This document shows, piece after piece, positions 53,439 through 62,243 of a stretch of DNA of 64,000 nt. Where the stretch lies: NCBI GenBank assembly GCA_964363345.1, contig CAYIHY010000002.1:761-64760 (forward strand), written 5' to 3'. Position 1 is the stretch's first letter. Every line of letters begins with the position of its first letter. The notes beneath the pieces are model-generated. The model was not told where the DNA came from and did no database searches. It worked only from the letters and a program-made list of their open reading frames with translations. A program made the position numbers and the translations under genes. This DNA is from Candidatus Woesearchaeota archaeon (GTDB lineage Archaea; Nanobdellota; Nanobdellia; Pacearchaeales; GW2011-AR1).

Positions 53439-54980
53439 TTATTGCATACCGAGTTCATGCAAAACTTCGTCGGGGCGTTTGTAATATTTGATGATTAATT
53501 CCTGAACTTGTTCAAATTTGTTTATTTTTCTTTTATACAATTGATAAATAATCTGTGCCCTTTTTCTAAATTCTGATTCCAGCTCTTCCATGCTTATTCC
53601 ATATCTCTTTGAAATTTTTTCAAATACTTTGCTTCCGATTTTTGAATAGAATTTGTCTTCAGAAGCATTCCAGCTGAAAGGAGTATTTATCACCGCAATC
53701 CCGTTGTGGTCAACGTTGACTATCTCAACAATTTCTCTTAATTTTCTTGTTTCTTCTTTGTTTACAACAGCATGAGTCATAATGCAAACACAGTCAAGAA
53801 CATTAAGCAGCGTCGGAGAAAGTTCTATTGGCGGGGTTTCCAGTCTTTTTATCAGGGTATCGACTGAGTCCGAGTGCATTGTGCTTATTGATGAGTGCCC
53901 CGACGCCATTCCCTGAAATAATACTGATGCCTCTTTTCCTCTAACTTCACCGACGATAACATAATCCGGGCTTTGTCTGAATGAACTTCTCAAAAGAGTG
54001 AAAAGACTTATTTCATTTTCTCCCTTGCTTCCTGTTGAACCTCTTGTAACACTCGGAAGCCAGTTTTCCCTCGGGAGATTTAATTCTCTCGTGTCTTCAA
54101 TGCTTACAACTCTTGCTTCAGGCGGAATAAAAAAAGCAACAGCGTTAAGTAAAGTAGTTTTTCCCGAGGCTGTTCCACCAGTAATTAAAATATTCATTTT
54201 ATATTGCACAAGCATCCACAAATATGCAAGCATCTCTGGGCTTAAGGTTCTGAATGAAATTAATTCTGTGGGAGTCCATGGTGTCGCAGTAAATTTTCTT
54301 ATCGTGAACGTCGGTCCTTTTGTGGAAATATCTGCAGTATATGTTGCATTAACTCTGCTTCCGTCAGGCAAGGTTCCGTCGAGAATCGGATCAGCATAAG
54401 AAATGTGTTTTCCGCACCTCTGCGCAAGTTTTTCTACGAGGCTCTCAAGTTCATCATTGGTTTTGAAAACTACACTCGTTTTGATATTTCTAAAAATTCT
54501 ATGAATAACATAAATCGGGCTGTTTGAACCATTGCACTCCGCATCTTCAACGAAATAATCTCTCATTATTGGTTCAATTTCATTAAGTCCAAGGAAATCT
54601 CTGCATAAATAATAATATATTTTTTTGTAAGATTCATATGGGATATCAATTCCAAGTTCTCCTGCAAGGAGTTTTAGTCTCTTGTCAATATAATCTAAAA
54701 GTGCTTCCTCATTTCTTTCAACAATTTCTTCAAAATTTATCAGGTCCCTTATTGCTGTAGTAAATTCATCTCTATAAGCTTTTTCAGCTTCGCTTAAAAT
54801 TGGTTCTTCAATATTGTAAACTAATTCAAAATTTTTTTCATCCCAGTAAATATGAATAAATGCAAAAGGAGAAATGACACAATACCTGACATCTATTTTT
54901 GTTTTGTCTGTTACTTTTTCAAGAGGCGGAACTTTGGGATGAAAGTCTATTTTAACTTTTTCATAATCAAAGATATTCAT
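53439..54980 (-). CDS. Type II/IV secretion family ATPase (archaeal type IV pilus/archaellum FlaI-PilB-like)
   Basis: 513 aa. Walker A ITGGTASGKTTLLNA, Asp box/Walker B VVSIEDTRELNL, IVGEVRGKEA, and a His box GHSSISTMH. Confidence 0.85.
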   Translation of the reverse strand: MNIFDYEKVKIDFHPKVPPLEKVTDKTKIDVRYCVISPFAFIHIYWDEKNFELVYNIEEPILSEAEKAYRDEFTTAIRDLINFEEIVERNEEALLDYIDKRLKLLAGELGIDIPYESYKKIYYYLCRDFLGLNEIEPIMRDYFVEDAECNGSNSPIYVIHRIFRNIKTSVVFKTNDELESLVEKLAQRCGKHISYADPILDGTLPDGSRVNATYTADISTKGPTFTIRKFTATPWTPTELISFRTLSPEMLAYLWMLVQYKMNILITGGTASGKTTLLNAVAFFIPPEARVVSIEDTRELNLPRENWLPSVTRGSTGSKGENEISLFTLLRSSFRQSPDYVIVGEVRGKEASVLFQGMASGHSSISTMHSDSVDTLIKRLETPPIELSPTLLNVLDCVCIMTHAVVNKEETRKLREIVEIVNVDHNGIAVINTPFSWNASEDKFYSKIGSKVFEKISKRYGISMEELESEFRKRAQIIYQLYKRKINKFEQVQELIIKYYKRPDEVLHELGMQ

Positions 54981-55031
54981 TGATCAAAACCTCCAGTTTT
55001 AATTTTGTGGTAAATTTCTTGTTTGCTCATT

Positions 55032-55658
55032 TTAAATTAAAGATAAATCCAAAACAGTTTTTGTAGCTGTTCCGACAGTTCCTTCCCCCTTATTTATTAT
55101 TGATAATTTATATGTGTTTGAAGCTTTGCTAATTGTTTTAAGTATATCCTGTCCGCTGAATTTCATGTCATAATTTGCACTGTAGTCAATTGTCAGCGTG
55201 ACTAAATTATATCCGCTCTTTTTTTGCGTTAAAATTACAACACTCCCGTCGCTGATTTTTTTATCTGGTTCGCTGTAAACCCCTTTGCTTTCAAGTTCAA
55301 AAATAATTTTATCATTGGCCCCATCAATTTTCAAATCTCCCGCTTTTATTCCTATCTCAAGTATTCTCTGATTTCCAACTGCACCTAAATTTAATATTGT
55401 TGAATCTATTTGTTTCATCATTTCAGTTGATTGCTGGACAATTGCCTGATCCTGAAGCTCTTGAATTTTAGGACGAGCATAAGATAAAAGAAGTCCAATC
55501 ATCACAAATGCAATCAGTGTATAAATAACAGTTTCTATCCAAACCTGTCCTTTCTTGCGATTTTTTTTTAAAAAAATAGTTTGCTCTATATTCCTCTTTG
55601 CGATTTTTTTTAAAAAAATTGCATTGAGAAAAGTTCCTGTTTTCATCTCTTTATCCAT
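55032..55658 (-). CDS. Pilin-like protein (class III signal with Glu at +5)
   Basis: 208 aa. NRKKG/QVWIETVIYTLIAFVMIGLLL. The processing-site pattern resembles the bacterial type IV pilin G/xxxxE. Confidence 0.55.
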   Translation of the reverse strand: MDKEMKTGTFLNAIFLKKIAKRNIEQTIFLKKNRKKGQVWIETVIYTLIAFVMIGLLLSYARPKIQELQDQAIVQQSTEMMKQIDSTILNLGAVGNQRILEIGIKAGDLKIDGANDKIIFELESKGVYSEPDKKISDGSVVILTQKKSGYNLVTLTIDYSANYDMKFSGQDILKTISKASNTYKLSIINKGEGTVGTATKTVLDLSLI

Positions 55659-55715
55659 TACATTATAAACAAATTTTAATTTAAATAATTAATGTAATTC
55701 GTTTAGCGAGAATTA

Positions 55716-56297
55716 TCATGCCAATATAACGCAATCTTCAATTTGAGTTAGAGTATCAGAAACATCGCACTGAGTTCCGTCGATTACTGCAGCAATTTTT
55801 ATTGAATCTATTTTTGAAGTGAACCCTGTCGCCTTATAAGTTAGTCCTGCATTTTTTACCGGAAGAATCACCGAATTCGAAGTTCCCATAGGATAAGGTG
55901 CAAGTCCAACAATATTTTGAGCAGTATTCGTTATTGCATAGCTGTTTGATGTTCCTGCTGAAGATACAGAAATAATTACTTTGTCCACTTTAACATCTCC
56001 CATATAAAGTGAAAATCTTAAATCATAATTTGTTCCGCTTATTTCATAGCAGGTGTATTGTCCGTCAAGTTTTATCTTGTCATAATTCCCGAAACATGAT
56101 TGGCTGCTGCTTATTTGTTTGTTTATTATATTGCTGATAAATCCCCAAACAATGCCGACGGCAACTAAAGACAGCACAATTAATATTAAAGTTACAACGA
56201 TTGTGGATAATGCCCGTTTATCTTTTTTATATTGTAAGTTCTTTGCCATATTGTCCCTCACATACATAGGTCTTTTTTCCTGCGCCTGATGTTCCAA
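55716..56297 (-). CDS. Archaeal-type pilin (class III signal peptide)
   Basis: 193 aa. KDKRA/LSTIVVTLILIVLSLVAVGIVW. The true start is probably an internal Met (56267 or 56249), which reduces the 71-nt overlap with the upstream gene. Confidence 0.65.
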   Translation of the reverse strand: MEHQAQEKRPMYVRDNMAKNLQYKKDKRALSTIVVTLILIVLSLVAVGIVWGFISNIINKQISSSQSCFGNYDKIKLDGQYTCYEISGTNYDLRFSLYMGDVKVDKVIISVSSAGTSNSYAITNTAQNIVGLAPYPMGTSNSVILPVKNAGLTYKATGFTSKIDSIKIAAVIDGTQCDVSDTLTQIEDCVILA

Positions 56298-56760
56298 TTA
56301 GAATTGGGAATACTATTATTTTAGTTGCACTTCCGACGTCAGATTGGATATTTCCAGTAAAAGTTCCGCCCTGATTTAATCCATTGGTTGGCCAAGTTGC
56401 CCCCGCACCCAAATCTTTTATGCTCTTTGTTTGAGAAACTCCTGCAGTTGAAGTTTTTATATTAACTCTGTATATGGGGGTATTTCCATTATTTACAATA
56501 TTTAATATTCCAGAAGAATACTGTGCTTCAAAATCAACATCGTCGCATACAAGCTGAATATTTTTTCCGAATTTTAAAACTCCTTCTTCAACCATCCCTC
56601 TAAACCATAAGAAAAGCACCGCAATAACGACGATAACAAGTATAATAAGCAAAACTGTTGTTACAACAGGAGATAACCCCGAGCGATTTCGCGGAAGTAA
56701 GGTCATTGTCATGCAAGCGGGGTCGCGAGTTGATTTGTTTTTTAAATTTTTATTTCTCAT
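56227..56760 (-). CDS. Archaeal-type pilin (class III signal peptide)
   Basis: 177 aa. PRNRSG/LSPVVTTVLLIILVIVVIAVLFLW. An internal start MTMTLLPRNRSG (56712) would give a typical short leader. Confidence 0.65.
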   Translation of the reverse strand: MRNKNLKNKSTRDPACMTMTLLPRNRSGLSPVVTTVLLIILVIVVIAVLFLWFRGMVEEGVLKFGKNIQLVCDDVDFEAQYSSGILNIVNNGNTPIYRVNIKTSTAGVSQTKSIKDLGAGATWPTNGLNQGGTFTGNIQSDVGSATKIIVFPILIGTSGAGKKTYVCEGQYGKELTI

Positions 56761-56811
56761 CTTCCTCTCTTATTTTATTTTTAAGTGTACCATATTTTTA
56801 AATTCTTTTAT

Positions 56812-57438
56812 TTAAGCGCATTTTAATTGTTCTTCTACTTTAGATTCACCGCAGCTGACAAATCTTTTTTTATTGCTGATAACATCCAGTCTTGTTGGGA
56901 TTATTTCTAATTTGTAAAGAGTATTATAACTCGAAACATCAAATGAAGATACTCCAACATTATGCAAATCTTCAGGGCTCAGCGAATTTTCAATTAAATC
57001 AGAAAATCTTATAGAATTTCCATAAATTAATCCTCCATTTGTAAGTTTTCCGGAAATATCTATTGTTGCAAGTTCTTCATTTTGCTTGTCAGAAACATGA
57101 ATAAAATATCCATCTATTCCAAATTTTCCATTATTTTGCAGAGTAAGAGTTAGGGTTTTTCCGACGCAGTCATAAGTGACGCTTTTTATAAAAAATGAAG
57201 TTCCATCAGGACATTTTACAGAATCTGTTGGCACATATGTTTTCATCCACTGAAAAACTACAACGCTCATCGCAATTGAAACAGCGATTAAAAGGACATA
57301 TCCAATTACAATACTTATCCCTCTGCGATTTTCTGGGAAAAGCGCAACTAAAAAAGTTCCTCTTCCAAAACTTCTTGTTTTGTCTGTGCAGTTTGCACTT
57401 TTTTTCTTTTTATTTTTTAAGTAATTTATTTTTTTCAT
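56812..57438 (-). CDS. Archaeal-type pilin (class III signal peptide) with a long basic leader
   Basis: 208 aa. ENRRG/ISIVIGYVLLIAVSIAMSVVVFQW. Confidence 0.65.
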   Translation of the reverse strand: MKKINYLKNKKKKSANCTDKTRSFGRGTFLVALFPENRRGISIVIGYVLLIAVSIAMSVVVFQWMKTYVPTDSVKCPDGTSFFIKSVTYDCVGKTLTLTLQNNGKFGIDGYFIHVSDKQNEELATIDISGKLTNGGLIYGNSIRFSDLIENSLSPEDLHNVGVSSFDVSSYNTLYKLEIIPTRLDVISNKKRFVSCGESKVEEQLKCA

Positions 57439-57439
57439 T

Positions 57440-58030
57440 TTATGTCTCGCTTGTAACGAAATGCCTTTCTCCGCCTATTTTCTGCCAGATAATAAAATAG
57501 AAATTTTCCCCGGTCTTTAATCCAAATTCATATTGAGTTTCCGAAACAACTATCGCAACTTGATTTATTTTTACCCCTAATGAATATGTTTGAGTTGTTC
57601 CGATAAGGTTATAATTTTTACATTCAGTTCCTTGCGCAATTTTTTGAGTTTCGCTTAATTTTATGCAGACATCTTCCTCAGCTATATCTTGATAACCTAA
57701 AACGTTAACCGCATCTTTATTTCCAAATAAAAAATAAATGTTTTTGTCCTGTTCCTGATAATTATGATAACTAACTATAAACTGTTCCATCATGGTTTTG
57801 ATTTCATCAGGATTTTTTGCATTGTAGGTTCCATAATCCAAAACATTCTGGCTTTCAATACCTAACTCTTTTCCTAAATCATAAAGTTTTGCAGTATCTT
57901 TTTTCTGGGTATAGTTTGAAATTGTTACAACACTCACAATAACAACAATTATCACAACTGCTGCAATTAGAAAAAATTGTCCGTGCTTATTTCCTGCACA
58001 AAACTCTTTTTTCGCACCTTCTTTATCCAT
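57440..58030 (-). CDS. Pilin-like protein, first gene of the pilus locus
   Basis: 196 aa. GNKHG/QFFLIAAVVIIVVIVSVVTI. Confidence 0.5.
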   Translation of the reverse strand: MDKEGAKKEFCAGNKHGQFFLIAAVVIIVVIVSVVTISNYTQKKDTAKLYDLGKELGIESQNVLDYGTYNAKNPDEIKTMMEQFIVSYHNYQEQDKNIYFLFGNKDAVNVLGYQDIAEEDVCIKLSETQKIAQGTECKNYNLIGTTQTYSLGVKINQVAIVVSETQYEFGLKTGENFYFIIWQKIGGERHFVTSET

Positions 58031-58055
58031 TATTAAAAAAGTTAAATCGACTTTA

Positions 58056-60683
58056 TTAAGTTTTTGAAACTTTTTTCTTCCTGATTAATTTTTCTATCTC
58101 AAGGAATACAAATCCTAAAGAAGAAAGTCCCACAGCTAAAATTAATTCATTAAAAGAAATTGCAGTTAATCCTAATATCTGCGACAGCGGGGTGTAAATT
58201 GCAGCTAACTGCAATCCTGCAGCGATTAAAATAGAGATTAAAAGAAATTTATTGCTGAATAATCCAATTTCCCAAATGTTTCTTTTTTCTGAACGGCATG
58301 CAAGAGCGATAAAAAATTCACTGAATATAAAATAAGTAAGAGTTATTGTCCTTGCTTTTCCTAAATCCTGATAAAAAGACGAGAACAAAATAAGAGATAT
58401 AACTGCCGATAAAACTCCCGCGAAGATTATGAATTTGTAAATTCCTTTTAATATATCTTCATTTGAATTTATTGATCTTCTTTTCATAATATCTTTCTCT
58501 TCTTTTTCTACGCTAAGCGCAAGACTCGGAAGTGCGTCAGTAACTAAATTCATCCACAAAATCGCGAGAGGAAGCATAGGCAAAGGAAGCGAAATCAGGA
58601 GTGCCGTAAGAACAAGAAGCAGTTCGCCGAAATTTGCAGAGAGATGAAACTTGATTGACTTTTTCATGTTGTCATAAACTTTTCTTCCTTCTCTTATTGC
58701 ATTTACAATTGTTCCAAAATTATCATCAAGCAAAATAATATCTGCAGATTCTCTCGTAACATCTGTTCCTCTTATTCCCATTGCAATTCCGATATGCGCC
58801 TCTTTTAGAGCAAGAACGTCATTAATTCCGTCGCCCGTTACTGCAATTATTTCTTTTTGTTTTTTTAATGACTGGATAATTTTTAGTTTAAGTTCTGGGG
58901 TTATCCTCGCAAAAATAGTTTTCTCTCTGACTGCCAGGTCAAATTCATGCGGGGAAAGTTTTTCAAGTTCAACCCCGTTAATTGATTCTTCGTTGATATC
59001 AATCATTTTTGCAATTGCCTTTGCAGTTAATTCAGAATCTCCTGTAATCATTTTTATTTCTATTCCTGCAGTTTTGCATTCTCTGATTGCAGTCCTGACT
59101 TCTTTTCTTGGAATGTCCAGCATCCCCTGAAACCCTAAAAAAATCAGCTCGCTTTCAGCATTTTCCTGGCTGAATTTTTCTTTAATCTCTTTGAATGCAA
59201 ATGCCAGAATTCTAAGTGATTTAGAAGCCATCTTGTCGTATTCTCTTAAAATTTCTTTTTTCCTTTTTTCATTTAAATTTATAACTTTGCCGTTGACAAG
59301 TTCTCTCGAACATTTTTTGAGGATTACATCTGGAGCTCCTTTTGAATAATTTACAAAGTCGCCGTTTTTTCTTCTTATTATCGACATCATCTTCCTGCTC
59401 GAAGAAAAAGAATATTCTCTTATTCTGGTTTCTTTTTCAAGTTCGGCCTTTTTTACAAATCCAGCATTGTAAGCAGAAACAATGAGCGCTTTTTCCGTTG
59501 GGTCTCCTAAAACCTCCACTTTTTTATTTTTTATTTCAAGATGCGCATTGTTGCACATTACCCCTGTTTTTAAAACCTGCATCAGGCCAGGATTTTTTTC
59601 TGGAGAAATTTTTTTGCCGTTAAGAAAAAAAGAATTATCTTTCATTTCAAAATGATTATTATCACAGTAGATTTTTGTCACAGACATTTTTTCTTCAGTT
59701 AGTGTTCCTGTTTTGTCTGTGCAGATTACTGTAACTCTTCCTAAAGTTTCTGCAGCAGGGAGTTTTCTGACTAAGGCATTGTATGTTTGCATTCTTTTTA
59801 TTGCGAAAGCAAGAGTGATTGAAATTACTGCAGGCAGCCCTTCAGGAATAACACTGACCGCGAGGGAAATTCCTGCAAGAATCATGCTGAACATTTCTTC
59901 TCCGTTGTTTACCCCGAGGATAATTGTGATTATAGTTAAAATTAAAACTCCCGCAGCAACTTTTTTTGAAAATGAATCCAGTTTTTCTTCGAGAGGAGTT
60001 TTTTTCATTTTTATTTTCTGGACAAGTCCGGCAATTCTTCCGAATTCAGTTTCCATTCCTGTCGCAACAACAACTGCCATAGCATTTCCTCTAACAATGG
60101 TTGTTCCCGCATAAAGTATATTTTCTCTGTCAGCAAGTGCAGCTCCGAAAATTATTTTTTCAGAAGATTTATCCTGAGGAAAACTTTCTCCTGTAAGAAC
60201 CGCTTCATTCGCCTGCAATTCATTAACTTGCAATAATCTGCAGTCTGCAGTTATCTTGTCCCCCTCAGAAACCATTATTATATCTCCGACGACAACACCA
60301 GATGATTGAATTTCAGAAATTTTTCCTTCTCTGATAACTTTAACTTTTGGAACAATAAGTTCCCTCATTTCAATAATTATTTTTTCTGCTTTATACTGCT
60401 GGAAAAATCCGATAAATGAATTAATCACCACTACTACCATTATGACCCCAAAATCAACATAATGTTTTATAAAAAAAGAAAAAATCGCCGCTGCAAATAA
60501 AATTAATACAAAAACTGATTTGAATTGTTCAAGAAAAATAGCAAACGGGCGCATTTTTGAAGTCTGTTTGATTTCGTTTTTCCCGTATTTTTTTAATCTT
60601 GCAGAAGCCTCTTTCTCACTAAGCCCATTCTCACTTGTCTTTAACTTTTGCAAAACCTCTTTTTTATCTAATGCATGCCACAT
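58056..60683 (-). CDS. P-type cation-transporting ATPase (P2, Ca2+-ATPase-like)
   Basis: 875 aa. N-terminal cation-ATPase domain (LSEKEASARLKKYGKNEI), TGES (LTGESFP), phosphorylation site CTDKTGTLT, and hinge TGDGINDVLALK. Confidence 0.9.
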   Translation of the reverse strand: MWHALDKKEVLQKLKTSENGLSEKEASARLKKYGKNEIKQTSKMRPFAIFLEQFKSVFVLILFAAAIFSFFIKHYVDFGVIMVVVVINSFIGFFQQYKAEKIIIEMRELIVPKVKVIREGKISEIQSSGVVVGDIIMVSEGDKITADCRLLQVNELQANEAVLTGESFPQDKSSEKIIFGAALADRENILYAGTTIVRGNAMAVVVATGMETEFGRIAGLVQKIKMKKTPLEEKLDSFSKKVAAGVLILTIITIILGVNNGEEMFSMILAGISLAVSVIPEGLPAVISITLAFAIKRMQTYNALVRKLPAAETLGRVTVICTDKTGTLTEEKMSVTKIYCDNNHFEMKDNSFFLNGKKISPEKNPGLMQVLKTGVMCNNAHLEIKNKKVEVLGDPTEKALIVSAYNAGFVKKAELEKETRIREYSFSSSRKMMSIIRRKNGDFVNYSKGAPDVILKKCSRELVNGKVINLNEKRKKEILREYDKMASKSLRILAFAFKEIKEKFSQENAESELIFLGFQGMLDIPRKEVRTAIRECKTAGIEIKMITGDSELTAKAIAKMIDINEESINGVELEKLSPHEFDLAVREKTIFARITPELKLKIIQSLKKQKEIIAVTGDGINDVLALKEAHIGIAMGIRGTDVTRESADIILLDDNFGTIVNAIREGRKVYDNMKKSIKFHLSANFGELLLVLTALLISLPLPMLPLAILWMNLVTDALPSLALSVEKEEKDIMKRRSINSNEDILKGIYKFIIFAGVLSAVISLILFSSFYQDLGKARTITLTYFIFSEFFIALACRSEKRNIWEIGLFSNKFLLISILIAAGLQLAAIYTPLSQILGLTAISFNELILAVGLSSLGFVFLEIEKLIRKKKVSKT

Positions 60684-60871
60684 CTTTTATAATTATTAAA
60701 AGAAAAAATTACTTAATAAAATTATTGATAAAACAAATTATAGACCGAGCGATTTCACAAGTTCAAGAATTTTCTCCGCAGAAACTTTTAAAAAAAGTTT
60801 AGAGGACAATAACAAACCTGAGAATTATTTAATCAGCCTTGAGCAGTATCTTAAAGGGAAAATCATGTTCA

Positions 60872-60958
60872 GAAAACCAAATTGTAGACTCGAAGGTTTG
60901 CTCTGCGCGAATGAAATGAGTGCATTGAAAACCAAATTGTAGACTCGAAGGTTTGCTC
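60872..60958. repeat. Direct repeat, 2 x 32 nt (identical), separated by 23 nt
   Basis: gaaaaccaaattgtagactcgaaggtttgctc occurs at 60872..60903 and again at 60927..60958. The spacer is tgcgcgaatgaaatgagtgcatt. Confidence 0.9.
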
Positions 60959-61197
60959 ATAAAAACCAAAAAGCTTCCTCTATTCTTTCTCGGCTCTGTT
61001 TTCTGTTAAGCATCTCAACAAATGTTTAGGGCTGCTTCGATCAGGATCTGACCCGTTTCGCATCTGCAAGATCAAAACAGGCAAAGCGTCAACGTCCGAA
61101 TAAAGACTCCTCGACATTTAATCACTTGCCTTCTTGCAGTCTGCATAAAGCTCACTTGCAAATAGCGGAGAGCTACCCCGCTGACCTAGTCTACAAA
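60927..61197 (-). ncRNA. Candidate structured non-coding RNA, possibly SRP (7S) RNA
   Basis: No ORF >=60 aa on either strand across 60684..61278. Hand-counted G+C is ~44% over 60961..61200 versus ~27% in the next 60 nt. The 5' UUGUAGACU (61196..61188) is perfectly complementary to the 3' AGUCUACAA (60945..60937), which is followed by a U-rich tract. Internal GGGUCAGAUCCUGAUCGAAGCAGCCC (61054..61029) resembles the conserved SRP helix 8 sequence. Further long-range complements are CUGCAAG/CUUGCAG and GGCAAG/CUUUGCC. Confidence 0.4.
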
Positions 61198-61213
61198 TAT
61201 ATCACAAAATTAG

Positions 61214-61223
61214 AATATTTAAG
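61214..61223 (-). promoter_or_regulatory. TATA-like box upstream of the candidate ncRNA
   Basis: Minus-strand CTTAAATATT is preceded by a purine-rich CGAAAC (BRE-like). It is centred ~25 nt upstream of the proposed 5' end near 61196. Confidence 0.3.
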
Positions 61224-61278
61224 GGTTTCGATTAAATTCCGAGTTAGTCGAATGTAAAATTTCCTATTTTACTTTTGA

Positions 61279-61653
61279 TTAGCGTTTTAAAAATTTTCTT
61301 GTGACAAACAGGCTTTCAAGGAAAAGAGTATCCTCTTTAACTTCATCCAATGTCCGATGGAGTTCATTTAATTGTTCTATAACATAACCCGAATTCCAAA
61401 CCAATCTTTCCACGACGTCAAAATCTCTTTCACTAATATCTCCGCTTTTTGCATATTCGCTAATAACCCCTAATGCATCTTCAAAATAAGCATAAGAATC
61501 TTCTGGATAAAACCGATTCATTTTTTCATAAAGATCTTTTGTTTTAAGGATTAATGAACATAATCCCTCTTTTTTCTTCAAAGGTAAACTAGAATCTAAT
61601 ATTTTTTTCTGCTGCACTTCAATAAAAGAATAAAATTCGTTGCGGGATTCCAT
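61279..61653 (-). CDS. Hypothetical helical protein (124 aa)
   Basis: ORF only. Starts 1 nt after the upstream ORF stop. Confidence 0.45.
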   Translation of the reverse strand: MESRNEFYSFIEVQQKKILDSSLPLKKKEGLCSLILKTKDLYEKMNRFYPEDSYAYFEDALGVISEYAKSGDISERDFDVVERLVWNSGYVIEQLNELHRTLDEVKEDTLFLESLFVTRKFLKR

Positions 61654-61654
61654 T

Positions 61655-62170
61655 TTATTTTTTTTGATGTCTCATATTTCTGATAATTTGCCCAACTGTC
61701 AGATTGATATCATTAGCTTTATTTTGAACTTTATCAATGTCCCTTCCATCGGCATTTTTTTCTTCTAATATAAACCTAAGATTTTTTTCAGTTTCTTTTA
61801 AATTTTCTCCAATTGCACGTTCTTTTTTGAGAATTTCATCTAATGTTCCCCCTGCATATTTCATATTGCAAACAGTAATTTGCATATTTACAACTGTGTC
61901 TCGTAAAAGAGGCAAACTTTTTTCAACAGTTAAAAAAAGTCTAGCAAGACCTTTATACATTTCTTGAAAAGCAATTCCAAGATGTTCAGCACTCCCTTTT
62001 AAATCAATTTGTTTTTGTTCTTCATATCTCTGTATTGTTTCATCAACGATATGATACAATCTATCTTTTTCAGATTCAGAGATTTCAAAAGATTTTATCT
62101 CTTCTCTTTTTAATTTTATTAATTTATAGAACGTTTCATCTGACTCAAGGCTAGAATAATATCCATCCAT
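61655..62170 (-). CDS. Hypothetical helical protein (171 aa)
   Basis: ORF only, K/E-rich and coiled-coil-like. Confidence 0.45.
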   Translation of the reverse strand: MDGYYSSLESDETFYKLIKLKREEIKSFEISESEKDRLYHIVDETIQRYEEQKQIDLKGSAEHLGIAFQEMYKGLARLFLTVEKSLPLLRDTVVNMQITVCNMKYAGGTLDEILKKERAIGENLKETEKNLRFILEEKNADGRDIDKVQNKANDINLTVGQIIRNMRHQKK

Positions 62171-62243
62171 CTTTTTTTTATTAGTTTGAACTTTATAAGA
62201 ATTATTGTCCTTTGTTAATATTGTTAATTAATTTGAAAATTTC

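Noticed and set aside
60872-60958. Mini CRISPR array (a 32-nt repeat occurring twice)
   Set aside because: There are only two repeats. The 23-nt spacer is shorter than the repeat. No cas genes or leader lie nearby. The repeat coincides with the 3' pairing arm and U-tract of the adjacent candidate RNA, which explains it better.
60927-61197. RNase P RNA as the identity of the GC-rich ORF-free island (a Pop5 gene is present in the window)
   Set aside because: I could not find convincing CR-I (GAGGAAAGUCC) or CR-V (ACAGAAnnnGGCUUA) blocks, or a P4 pairing. GUCGAGGAGUCUUUAUUCGGAC and ACAGAAAACAGAGCCGAG are only superficially similar. The helix-8-like GAAGCAGCC element fits SRP RNA better. Only a covariance-model search can settle this.
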